Assembly (NCBI RefSeq): GCF_008831285.2
Contig: NC_045138.2
Coordinates: 1,860,001 to 1,924,000 of the forward strand
Origin: Nymphaea colorata
Lineage: Eukaryota
Direction: 5' to 3'
Length of the DNA stretch: 64,000 nt
Below, in pieces: positions 40,005-52,443 of the stretch. Below the pieces are notes generated by a model. That model did no database searches. It was not told where the DNA came from and saw nothing but the letters and a program-made list of their open reading frames with translations. A program made the position numbers and the translations under genes. How positions within the stretch are numbered: position 1 is the stretch's first letter; each line of letters begins with the position of its first letter.

Positions 40005-41139
40005 GTAAATTGCAAAGAAAATTGTAAGTTCATCATTAATTAAAGACAAATATCACATAATGTTAAACACTAAGGCAGAGATAAGGCCAACCATCGCTTC
40101 TTCTTCTTTTTTTTTTTTCTAGTAACAAATTTTTAAATATCTACTACATAATTGAATTTGTTTATCATAAATTTTATTAATTTAACAATGACGGGTCTAA
40201 CTCTAGGATACAAATCCCGAATGTCATCTATACATCTGTTATACAAATTTTAAAAATGTTATTATTTTAACTGACATAGAGAATGTAAGCATGTTGTCGT
40301 AATTAATGAATTTTGACAATTAAATATCATATATTTCATTTCTTCTTTGTTAGTTACAAAATTAACTAAAATTAAAACATGAGTTACACTTAATTACTGT
40401 TTATGAACACGTAAGATGTTCACATTTTGTTTATGATGTTTTTTTAACACAAAATTAAGAGGTCCAGTTTTTGTCTCTTACCTTATTGGTCTGGTATTTA
40501 CTAAATACTCTTAAAAACAAATTGCATTATATGTTTACTTTCGAAAAAAAAAAATGTTAAAAAATGTTATCAAATGTGAAATTATAATGAGAAATTAGAT
40601 GGACAATAAATATTTCTCATAGGCGCAATACTTACTCACGAAAACATTAAAGTTCATCTTCTGTTTTCCTTCAATGACGAGATATTCTTTATTACAAACA
40701 AGAATCAACTTTCTTGAGTATCATTATTTTCACATCAAAACAACAATCTCTCAATTGTTTTGTTCAATTGATACTATTTTCATCATCTAATACATGTTGA
40801 CTATAACTGCTTAACATGACATGTATCAGTATCAAATCGATAACGAAAAAAATTATATACTTATCTTTAAACCTTAATTACTTAATATTTTGAAAAGTTT
40901 TAATCTGGCCTGTCTGTAAAAATTTTGAAAAATAGGGCCCTAGAAAGAAGTTTCAAGAAGTTTCTCTGGACATTTTACATAAAAGTTTTAAGCAGCCCTT
41001 TGAAAAAATTCAGCTACTATATGGGGAAAATCTTGGCTCCGTCTATATATCTTGTCAATGATATTTTCGAACTCCTATCGAACTTCGTAAGTGATTATAT
41101 ATATATCGGCATATATCGGATGACATCAGCCATAACAAT

Positions 41140-41209
<70 letters not shown>

Positions 41210-41590
41210 CATCCCCTAGAATTATTTCTACGACCGCTCAAATTTCAAAAGAATCCTCTTCTCCCACGTTCTTGGCCACATAATATTCAATTGAAGCTAT
41301 TATAAGTGACGGATACATTTAGCTTTTCAGTATCATGTATTTCAAATATGGAGTAATGTAATGCCCTCAAAGAGTAACGGATTTGGTAATAGTTTTCATC
41401 CTTTCTTTGACATACTCAACGTTGCCTCACATCTTTAAGGAGGCTTTTCTGAAATCTCTTTTACATGAGGCGAAAGCCGATCATCTGCGTCCACGTTTGA
41501 TGGCCTGGATTTTTTTGAAGGAGAATTTTTTCAAGAAAAAATCTCCACGGTAAATTGAAAAGGGGGTAAATTTTCCTTTTTCTTGTTTCA

Positions 41591-42807
41591 GGCCATGTTT
41601 GATAGCCTGGAATTTTTTTGATGGGTGAAAAATGCATAGTTTGATAGACAAGAAATTTTTTTCATGAAAAAATTTGAAACCCAAACATCCTGCTTATTCA
41701 TTCATCTTCTGGGTTAAGCAGCAACATACTTTCTGCAGCATAATACCTTCCAATTCTTCCAAATTCTGCAGCATCTGCCAGAGAAAGGAAGAATTTAACC
41801 AAAAAATCAAGAATGCCGATTACAAAGTCTATCATTCCTATTGGAACTTTCAGAAACTTGGGTTCCTTGCCCAAAAGTTTGAACAACAATTCTCCCTGCT
41901 CAAGTGGTGTTAATGCCTTTCCTGGTCCACCAATTGGGAGAATCTTGTTAATTTTATCTTCACAAGAGATGCAGTCAGCAATGAAAGAGGCCAAATCCTC
42001 TTCGTTGATGGGTTTACAGGCGCATAGTTTGCCATCTCCGAACATTACATATGGCTTTCCATCCTTTACCAACTCAACCTGCCCACCTAAACTCATGAAG
42101 AAAGCCGTCGGCCTCACAATGTTGTAGGTGAAATCCCCATTTTCTGCTTCCTGCTGCAATTCTGCCTCAAACTTCAGCTTCGCTCTTTGAAATTCAAGGA
42201 GGGGCTTCTGAACACATATTGCAGGCAACAGAACAAAATGAACAGCCCCGAATTTTTTACCCGCAACGAGACTATTTTTTGTCGCTTCATAGTCGATCTT
42301 CCAGGAGTCCTTAACACCACCAGATCGACTGGCAAAGCACGAGACGACTACATCGATTCTGGTGTCCAAGCCCTCCAGAGATCTCTGAAGAGCACTCAAT
42401 TCAGTTACATCCGAAAAGCAAACGTTGGATCCCCTCAGCTGAGCAGTGAAGGGCGACGGTGGTGGCGACAACGCCAGCGAGTGGCGATGGTAGCAACAGC
42501 CGCAAGCAGTCAAGGAACCACTGAATCAGGGGAGGGAAATTTCAGGGGAGGGCAGAGGCAGCACCGACTAGTGGCGACGACAGTGATGGGTCGGCAGGCA
42601 AGAGGCAAGAGCTTCGGCAGCAGCGAAGGGCGACATTTGCCTGTGTGGAAGCGGTGGCGAGGGAGAGGAGCGCTGGAAGAAGCCCTAACGGGTAAATTTA
42701 CCCTGCAAACGAGTTTTGAGCGGGGGGATTTTTGCGCCGTTTGGCGCTCGTTGAAATCGGTTGAAACCGTACAAAAAAGAAAAAAAACCCTCGAAGCAAA
42801 CGTGGCC
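41591..42807. mobile_element. Putative Pack-type PIF/Harbinger-like element carrying a DVR fragment
   Basis: Left end GGCCATGTTTG; right end CAAACGTGGCC (reverse complement GGCCACGTTTG); both flanked by TCA (41588-41590, 42808-42810). An alternative left end gtccacgtttg lies at ~41488. Confidence 0.6.
41698..42444 (-). pseudogene. DVR: Truncated 3,8-divinyl (proto)chlorophyllide a 8-vinyl reductase fragment
   Basis: [12 protein letters not shown]...[14 protein letters not shown]...[18 protein letters not shown]...[15 protein letters not shown]; lacks the transit peptide, the N-terminal GxxGxxG NADPH-binding segment and the C-terminal tail; LLPAIC and AFFMSL where plant DVRs have LLSAIC and AFFKSL. 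Confidence 0.88.
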
Positions 42808-43939
42808 TCATTATTGAAAACTTCGATAGTCTTTACAAAAGGAAAGTTAGTGCTGCCATTGCCACTGAGCACGGCGGCTAACTTTGATGGGACCCTAAAC
42901 AATTCCAAGGTCCATATTCTGTTCCTTGTCGGAAGAAGATGATTCCTATTACGCAAGCCATCGTTGACCACCGGTTGTATGTACATCAAAACATGTCGAC
43001 AGCCGACCCATAGTCATGCGCATCCATCCTTTAACTTGTTCACCAACCAAAGAAATTAGCAATGAAAAGCATAGTTGGTAAACCCATCGAGTTGGCTCGA
43101 GAATCGCCTCAGCCAGCTCAAAAATATGGCTACGAGTCAATGTTGGCCCGACTTGCTCCTGACTCGCCTGATTTAGGTTGTTTAGTGACAAGTCTACTCG
43201 CTGACCCGGTGACTCGGCCATCCGCTGATCTGAGTTCGAGTCACTGGTTTGCCAACTATGATGAAAAGACAAAAATCCTTTTCTTCTCCATTGCGTCATC
43301 TTTTTTTGCTACATGTCCTTAAAAAACACTTAGTGTTTCGAAAACATAATATCAACACTTGTATAAGGGAAGTTGATGAAAGGTTAAGTTGTAAATATAA
43401 AAGCAAAGCTGTCTTTTCAAGAGTCCCAAATACCCTTCAAACCAGGAGAGACAAAAGAAAGATATAAGAAAACAAACAAATGAGTTTCTTTGAAATGAAA
43501 CCGTTTGTCTCCTTTACAGGGTATTTCAAGTTCTCAAAAAATAACTTGGCTTCTATCTTTTCAACTTGATTTATATTGTCAGGTCTAGATGATTCATATC
43601 AAAGCTTGGTATACAAAAGTTTGGTAGCTGCCTCTTTTCAATATATGAAAAATTAAACGTAATTTGTTTTTGTAACAGATGAGATGTGGTTATTATTATC
43701 TACCTCCCTCTCTGCATAATAAATGATAAATATCTAAGGGAGATTCAAGCTTTGTTTTGCCTAACCTATTCTGCGATCAAAATAGAAATTTTTGCCAGCA
43801 ACAAAAGATTGAACCAATAATTGATTCGGTGTTAGGCACCAAGAAAGTTTCAGGTCCATTCATTCTCCTGCATCTTTGTGGTAGTGATAGAGCCACAAGG
43901 TGGAAACAAGATAAGCCATCCACGGTCCACCAATAATCT

Positions 43940-44021
<82 letters not shown>

Positions 44022-44176
44022 TTTTGTCATAGATTTTTTTAGGAATTTGATATATTTTAATATTGTTAATGCTCATAAAATCTTATGGAGACATCAAATA
44101 TTAACCAGCAATCCTATTTCCAAATGCACAATGGAGCAGCTAATTAGCATGTCATGACAAACAAATAATTGAAGCT

Positions 44177-44790
44177 AGTGTTGTAAAAATCAAACTTAAA
44201 TTTAGGACGACTGGAATCGATTCGACTCATCGGCCAATAAAATAGCGCCAAATGTAATAAATTATTGATTATTTCTTGCTCTTGGAATAACTTTAAAGTT
44301 GCTATACAATAATAATAATAATTGTAACAATAATAATATTTTTATTCATAGTTGATTCAGCTGATCAATCATTGAATCGACAGCCTATGTCATGGGCACA
44401 CTTTTTTCGTCCGGTGTGGCCTGACAATAGCTCCTTCACCTTAAGCCTAAAGGTGCTCAAGAGTGTGCAGATGAGTTGAGAATAATGAGTGCACTTAGGA
44501 ATCAAAGATCGCAAGGAAATGGAAAGATGCTCTTGCAATTGACATCGATTGCATTTATCCCAAAAGCGATGCAAGCAAAGATGTTTGGAAAGAAATTTCA
44601 ACTTTACTTACATAGGATAACCGAAACCTCTTACAAAAATTCAAATGCCGAACCCCACTGGGGCTGGTGGGAGCGTACTCCATTACAGGTAAACAAAAGC
44701 ATAAACCAAAGACATTATAAGCAAAAAGGAAAGTAAGCAACCGGAGAACACCTAACTAGTTCAATTTAATTTTTGATTTTCATCATCACT
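44177..44790. mobile_element. MITE-like element interrupted by a solo LTR (second copy 52599-53212)
   Basis: Termini agtgttgtaaaaatc ... gattttcatcatcact are imperfect inverted repeats; gaatcga/gattc-rich interior. Confidence 0.55.
44388..44750. mobile_element. Solo LTR (TG...CA) with 4-bp TSD CCTA, related to the Gypsy LTRs at ~48010 and ~49995
   Basis: ccta|tgtcatggg...ggagaaca|ccta; shares aagcctaaa..ctcaagagtgtgcagat and ttacaggtaaacaaaagcataaacc...aaggaaagtaagcaa with the downstream LTRs. Confidence 0.75.
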
Positions 44791-45871
44791 TTGAGACAAG
44801 CATTTTAATTTCTTTGGTGCGTCTAAAACACACTTACCTGATCGGTGTAAAAATGGACGCACTAAGGTGCCCTTGATAGAGAAGAGAAATTACCATTAAT
44901 TTATTCGGAAACAATCTTTTTTGGAATCTTGGAGTAGGCCATAGTCTCCTCCTCTTTCAGGGTTTATGGCTGCATTGTGACGTAAGAAGCATGACACCTG
45001 TCAACTACAGTGTTGTGCATCAAGTTGATAGGATCTAGACCTGGTTTTGATATAGCAGCTTCTCAGATGAATCTGAGCCTGGATTTCACAAGTTAGTTTA
45101 GCATAAAGGTGATCTGAAATCCAAACTGGGATCTTATTTTAGGACAAGACGAAACGTGGGCGGATCTCGTCCATAGGTCTCAAGCCCAATCAAACTGTGC
45201 GGGGTCCAAATATGGATTGAATGGTGCTGGCAAGGGCTCAGGTTGTTTGAAGAGTTGTGGCTCTGGGTCCGAGAGTGAGACGATCCAGCCTAGGGGTTCA
45301 ACCGGGTTTTTGTTGGGGATAAGTTTTTTTTAGCTGTATCAGATTCAATAGCAATTTACAAAGGAGATTGCCCACTCTCACAGGTCTGCATATAGGGCTG
45401 AGCATTGGGCTGGGCTGCTCAAGGCCTGGGCTTGACTTTAATTAAAAAAATAAAATAAAATATATAAATTTAATATATTGAATACTGAGAAGTGAAAAAA
45501 TATATAAAAATATAATAAAAACTTCCTCTTCTCCCACCTACTTGGCCACACAATGTTCAAAAGGCCATCATAACTTACGTATACAGGTAGCTTTTGAGTA
45601 TCAATTTGCTCCATGGATTTAGAATATTGCCGAACACCAACAAAATTTTCCGAACACTTGGAGGCGGCCGCCGCCATGATTGATGGTGTTTGCCTTTTTC
45701 ATGTCATGAGAAGCAGTGTGGGGACACCACGCTTATCTTTGGAGCAACTTGTGTTTGTCGTGCTGCTATATCAAAACTCTATTTAAAGAGGGAGAGCTCC
45801 CTCTTACCTTCACATCTCAGCATCAGATCAAGCTCTGTTCTGTGATCTTGAAAAGCTTCATAATCATAATC

Positions 45872-46107
45872 ATGTCCAAGCTCATACTCCTTTTCCTCCT
45901 CGTCGCACAAGTAATTCTCTCGCAGCGACCTCTCTCTCGCATTCTTTCTTGAACATGTGGCATGTAAACAGCACTTTTCATGTTCAACTCTTATGGGTAT
46001 TATGCTTTGGTTGGTCTTAAGAGTATGGATTAAGGGTGTAATCCTCCGGAGTTTTAGGACGACAGGGTTTGTGGTTCTCTCCTTCCCCACCCCCCAACAT
46101 CCCCGGC

Positions 46108-46151
<44 letters not shown>

Positions 46152-46884
46152 TACAATAGTGTGGCAGCTTATATGCACTTTTTTAAAGCTCATATGATGT
46201 GGATGAGGAAGACTGTACCAGAAACTGATAAAAATTTTCTGATTCCAATTATGGCCCGCTGAGCTTGAATAGATCTGCAAGAAACATCTTTGTATTCCTT
46301 TAATATTGGTCATAAAACTGAACCTTCGACTACGTCGTCTACTTTCATCCAGCCTTACAGAGTCTTCATTTTGTCAACTCATGATGAAGTCAGATTTTCC
46401 TTTTTTTTTTTTTCTTTTCCTTCCAGCATTTTCGACATTTCAAGTCCATTTGTGTGCGTGTAGGGTGTGCAATATATATATATATATATATCAAGTACCT
46501 TGTTGGGATAGAGAATTTTGTCTTGCAGAATTTGTTAAGAAATTCTCATGTATCTTTCCTTGTTCATGCTGACAAAATTTTAAACTGGGGACATGAAGTA
46601 GCTTCTCATGCTGATGGCCATATATTTAACTTATGGATTAAAAATGTCCTTCCACATTCTTCTTGATTTGCTGCCTAATTTTGTGATGCATGTGCTGCAG
46701 TTTGCTGAGACGAGTATTGGTTCGGCTTTCAGTCCCTCGAGCTACTGGAAGAGTGTATTGCCGAATACTTTCATGCCAGATGCCCTTCAGTCCTTATTGC
46801 CTGAAGGTACTTGGTTGATCCCGAGAGCTAATTGTATTGCCGAATACTTTCGACTGCATAGTTTTTCTTTTCTCCCACTTTAAG

Positions 46885-46944
<60 letters not shown>

Positions 46945-47757
46945 GCCAGATCAAATTCTTATCCTTCTTCAAATTGTGAAATATGAACTGCAGATACTAG
47001 ACCTCGTTATGGAGGCAAGTGGGTCGTAGACTCCGGGATATGCTTGATCAATTATATAATTATTTGTCGTCCTCCCAAAGGCCTCTTCTTGTTGGAGAAG
47101 GATCTAAAGCCGAGCATGACCATGGACATAAGTTTTCTCGCGGCTAATATCAACTCGGAACAGAAGCTGCCGACCTTCCTCCCACGCCAGGCAGCAGAAG
47201 CACTGCCTTTCTCAACCTCCTCCTTCCCCACCATCCTCCGACGCTTCTCCCTGAGCCCACACTCCCCCCAAGCATCTGCCATGAAAGTGACCCTCGACCT
47301 GTGCGAGTCGCCCGCCATTAAAGGGGAGACGAGGTTCTGCGCCACCTCGCTGGAGTCCATGGTCGACTTCGCCACCACCCAGCTCGGAACCAACAACCTC
47401 CGCGTCCTCTCCACCTTGGTTCACCAAGAGAACAAGACCGAGCAGCAGCTTGACCAGTCGTATGTGGTTCGGCCTGGGATCGTGAAGATGGAGTCCCATG
47501 TCGCAGTGGCGTGCCACCTCATGTCATATCCTTACGCAGTCTTCTACTGTCACAAGACCATGGACACCAAGAGCTTCGTTGTTCCATTAATGGCGGAAGA
47601 AGATGGGAGCAGAGTGGACGCAGCGGTTGTGTGCCATGACGATACATCGCACTGGGACCCCAGACATGCCAGCTTTAAGGTGCTAGGAGTAGAGCCTGGG
47701 ACCGCATCCATCTGCCATTTCCTTCCTCCCAACCATTTTCTGTGGGTCTCGAAGTGA
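45872..47757 (+). CDS. BURP-domain protein, copy 1 (302 aa); exons 45872-45910, 46701-46806, 46994-47757
   Basis: Signal peptide MSKLILLFLLVAQ|FAETSIG; YWKSVLPNTFMP motif; FLLEKDL domain start; CATSLESMVDF; CH-x10-CH-x26-CH-x25-CH-x8-W; GT-AG introns give an open 909-nt CDS. Confidence 0.95.
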
Positions 47758-48009
47758 GCGGCCATGGCTGTCCACCGCAAAGAATATCAGTGCTGATGGT
47801 GATGGGGAGAAGATACTCCTCCGCATTTGCATGGTCATGGTACTGGTACATTTGGTTATAGTGTGTCTCTAGCTTTGTTAATGGATCTTTTAGATACGGA
47901 CCTAAAATAAAGGCCACTTGTTTGGTCCTTTGTCGGTTAGTCTTGTGAAGCTTATTTAAATAAATCTGTATGAACTAAAAAGTTCTAACATTGTCAATGT
48001 CATTATCAG

Positions 48010-50257
48010 TGTCTCACGGGATCATTTTCTTAGACCTGTGTGGCCCGGCGATATCTTCTTCGTCTTATGCTTAAAGGGACTCAAGAGTGTATGGATAACT
48101 TAAAAATAGCAGTGCAAACAAAAATAAAAAATTGCAAAGAAATGGAAGGATGTTCTTGCAATGGCCTTAGATTATTTTTATTACAAGAGCGATGTAAACT
48201 ATGCCTCTTACAAGAATTAAAATGTTCACCCCAAAGACAAAATCTAGTATATATCTTGGGACCGGTTACAGGTAAACAAAAGCATAAACCTTTCCTTTTC
48301 TTTGATTAGCTGCTCCCGAAAACAAACAAAGAACAACTTAGATTATAAGCAAAAAGGAAAGTAAGCAAAACAGTTTTTTGCATACGAGAACATGCTCACC
48401 CCTTCAAAACATGTGTTGTCCTCTGCACCAATTGTTGCATGGTAGGTCAAGACGTCCTTTGGGTGTCGTTGCTTCAACCTGAAGGCATACTCCCATGTTG
48501 GCTGCTCTTCGCCAACTCACTTCATCAAATACTTTTTGGGCTCTCCAAGATAGCGGATTTTGTGTCGAAGAATATGCTCCATCTGTTGGTCCATCGTTCG
48601 CTTCGTTGATGGTTGCTTTTTGTAGGATTGGCTCCCCCTGTCGGTCCATTGTTCGTTTCGTTGATGATGACGCTCTTTATAGGGTCGGCTCTCGCTGCAG
48701 CCTGCTCCTCTCCAGGTCTTCTCCATCGACATAGAAAGGCTTCAGATTGTACATATGGAACACCAAATATACTTTAAAGTTTGGTAGTATATCTAACTTG
48801 TACACCAATTTCCTGATCTTTTTTATTATTATGAGATGTCATTCGTACTTTCGTGTCGGGACAGAGTGTCTCCATACGGTATGGGTACAACTTAACGAGG
48901 ACCTGGTCTATGATTCTGAACTCTACATGTCGCCGCTTCTTGTCAGACCACTTATTCAGCTTCTTGGTCGCTTTGTGTAAGAATGTTCTTGCTAACTCCA
49001 TGTGCTTCTGTCCATCTATGACAAACTTGTAGGAAAAAATTGACCTTCTCTTTCTTGGGCAGCAAGGATGTGTGGATCAATGGCTGTTGTTCAATAGCTA
49101 TCTCGAAAAAACTAGGATCTGAAGACTCATTTTTTGTAAGTTGCAGCAGAATTGAGCTACATCTAACAATTTCACGAAATTTTTTCAATTTCACGTTCAC
49201 AAAGTGCCCTAAGTATTTGTAGCTCTAATAATAATGTGCTCGGTCTGGCCATTTATCTATACACCAGAGCTTGTTGAAAACAAAGAGTTCGAGCCCAACA
49301 ATCGAAATATTCCACGCTAAAACTTGTCTGTGAAGCGAGCATTACAGCCAGTCACAATGCTTTTCAGCACGCCCCAATACTTCACTATGTTCTTTATGAA
49401 CATCTACACCGTCTTTTCTGTGGGGCACTCTTTTGAGGTTGAAATGAAAGTAGCATATTTAGAAAATCGATTCACAACCACAAAGATAGAGTTGAGTCCA
49501 GCTATTCTTGGGAAGCTCATAATGAAGTCTATGGACATGCTTTCTCATGGACGTTCAGGAATAGGGAGAGGTTCTAGGAGGTCGACAGTCTTCTGATTCA
49601 CTCTCTTGTCCTGCTCATGGATAAGATACATCTTTATATAGGCATCTGCATCGTCCCGCATTGGTGGTCAATAGTAGCCACGTTCAAGGAGGGGTAAGGT
49701 CCGCTTGTGGCCATGATGGCCTGTCTACAAAAGTGTCATGGCACTCCTTCAATAGCTCTTGACAAAGATTTTTTCATCTAAGCACAAATGCAACCAGTTG
49801 AGCTTCCATTTTTCCATTTGTCCCACTCGTCACATATTTCTTCTGTTCACAAGTTTGTACTCCCTTCGCTACTGAATTTGTTTCGTCTGCAGCCATGCTG
49901 CCACTGATAGCAGCCAACTGTGGTATAGCTCAACACCGACTTAGCTCTCCACGTTCCACTGTGATAGATGATCAAACTTAGCTCTGATACTAGTTGTCAC
50001 ATGCTTACTTTCTTCGGCCCGTGCTGCTCAATGATAGCTCCTTCGCCGTAAGCCTAAATGGACTCAAGAGTGTGCAGATTACTTGAAAATAGTGAGTGCT
50101 TGTAGAAATGCTTTTACAATGCGTATAGATTCCATTTATCACAAGAGTGATGTAAGCAAAGAGGCTTGGAAAGAAATCTCAACTTTGCTATGTAAGATGG
50201 TCGAGGCCTCTTACAAGGATTCAAATGTCGACAATCCCAAACACAAAATCCCCAACA
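48010..50257 (-). mobile_element. Internally deleted Ty3/Gypsy LTR retroelement remnant, copy 1
   Basis: Degenerate tRNA-Met PBS (reverse complement tagtatcagagc, 49981-49992) next to an LTR starting ~49995; PPT-like gaaggggtgag ~48395-48405 next to an LTR at ~48010-48392; integrase-tail fragment KWSDKKRRHVEF and a chromodomain-like W...DEVSW. Confidence 0.8.
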
Positions 50258-50463
50258 TGTATTAGGGCCGGTGGGAGGGTGCTTCCTTAGAGGTCGTTTG
50301 ATAGATGTACCATAGGACAAAGCAGAGAAGACGTCATGTCTATCATACTACTGTTCAGTCCATCCTGCCGATATTGTTCTTTGTCTATTGTTTGACAGTT
50401 GTAGGAACAAACACCATGTTCCTTATGTTCAACATTTGTTTTATCTTTAAATGTTTATCTTTA

Positions 50464-50541
<78 letters not shown>

Positions 50542-52361
50542 AGAGAGAAAGAGATCATCAATTCATTAAAAAAATAATTTTTGCTATTTATATAAAAGCA
50601 ATTACATTGTTCGTGAATTATCAACTCTTCATAATTGCATGCATAAATATAAAGAACCTTCTAGCTGCTTCCCTATACTCTAAATAGTGGTCTCCCCACT
50701 CCTATACTCTTTCTTTCTATATAATAGTACTTTGTACAGTTGCCATCAAGAATCTCTTCATCATTTCAGTTCACCTCGCAAACTCAATTTGGGCCATATA
50801 TTTGCTTCCTGGGAACCATAAAAGTTGAGCATTTGCATGTTAATTTAATATTAGAAGGTGAAATATAGATAAATGAAGGGGGAAAATAGCACATCAAAGA
50901 AATAACATATCATCTAAAGTATATTTCTATCAAGCGTTGAACAATCTTCTGCAAACTCCAAGACATAAACATTTCTATCGAAAAGAAAAAGGAAGAGACT
51001 GACATTTCATCGACCAATTTATTGGTTATGATGTGCACATAAATGAAAGCATATTGAACAGTCCCAAGACTGACATTTCATCGAACAATTTAACGATTAT
51101 GCTATGCCCATAGATGAAAGCGTATTGAACAGTCCTCGTTGAGCTCAATCATGCTACAAATCATGCAAATGAGTGAGAGAACTATCTTAAGAAAAGTGCC
51201 ATTTGGCAAGCTTAGACATAAGGGAGTGTGAGAAAGATGTTTTGGTCGAATATGGTGGAATTCAGAAGCAAGTTCATGAACATATTCAATGGTCCCATTT
51301 GACAGCATTTTGTTTTTGGATTCCTTATTCTGTGCACAGAAAATTCCAGAAGATGATTTTTTTTTTTCATGGACATGGAACCACCTCACTCTTTCTGATT
51401 ATGTTTCCCTACTGACTATGCCTTTGAGCAGAAAAAAAACTCTTTTCCCTACCGAGCTCTGAACTTGTAGTGCAGGTCTAGAAATAAGAGTGCGCCTTAA
51501 AAGTATGAACCAAGACCAGCAAAAAAAACTTACGATTTTGAAATCGTATCTGTGCAGGTTCCACTATATGTCTTGAGATCAAGCTACCACTATTAGTTTA
51601 AGTGCTTCCTGAAAATTAATTTTCAGTAACTGTATGGATTATTTCCATATAATACCAAAATAATTCGGTTTCCATGCCCAATCTCCACAACTAATATCTT
51701 CTCAATTTCATGATGCAACATATCATAACCAATTTAGTCCAAATAAGGTCCTGTCTCAAATAAGGTAATTAGTAGGCCCTTATATAAGGGAAGTTGATGA
51801 AAGGTTAAGTTGTAAATATAAAAGCTAAGCTGTCTTTTCAAGAGTCCCAATTACCCTTCAAACCAGGAGAGACAAAAGAAAGATATAAGAAAACAAACAA
51901 ATGAGTTTCTTTGAAATGAAACCGTTTGTCTCCTTTACAGAGTATTTCAAGTTCTCAAAAAATAACTTGGCTTCTATCTTTTCAACTTGATTTATACTGT
52001 CAGGTCTAGATGATTTATATCAAAGCTTGGTATACAAAAGTTTGGTAGCTGCCTCTTTTCAATATATGAAAAATTAAACGTAATTTGTTTTTGTAACAGA
52101 TGAGATGTGGTTATTATTATCTACCTCCCTCTCTGCATAATAAATGATAAATATCTAAGCGAGATTCAAGCTTTGTTTTGCCTAACCTATTCTGCGATCA
52201 AAAATAGAAATTTTTGCCAGCAACAAAAGATTGAACCAATAATTGATTCGGTGTTAGGCACCAAGAAAGTTTCAAGTCCATTCATTCTCCTGCATCTTTG
52301 TGTTAGTGATAGAGCCACAAGGTGTAAACAAGATAAGCCATCCACGGTCCACCAATAATCT

Positions 52362-52443
<82 letters not shown>

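Larger units (their letters stand above)
43362..51782 (+). repeat. Tandem segmental duplication, copy 1 (~8.42-kb period)
   Basis: tataagggaagttgatgaaagg starts at 43362 and 51783; the ORF track repeats with an ~8420 offset. Confidence 0.97.

Noticed and set aside
41698..42513. 271-aa ORF as a functional DVR gene
   Set aside because: Non-ATG start in unrelated GC-rich sequence, no transit peptide or NADPH-binding motif, truncated C-terminus, and substitutions at conserved residues.
42187..42989. 251-aa (+) and 159-aa (-) ORFs
   Set aside because: Shadow frames over the DVR fragment and GC-rich element interior; no recognisable domain.
47044..47757. ORF-track start MINYIII (TTG) as the BURP N-terminus
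   Set aside because: The protein more plausibly starts at ATG 45872 with a signal peptide and two upstream exons joined in phase.
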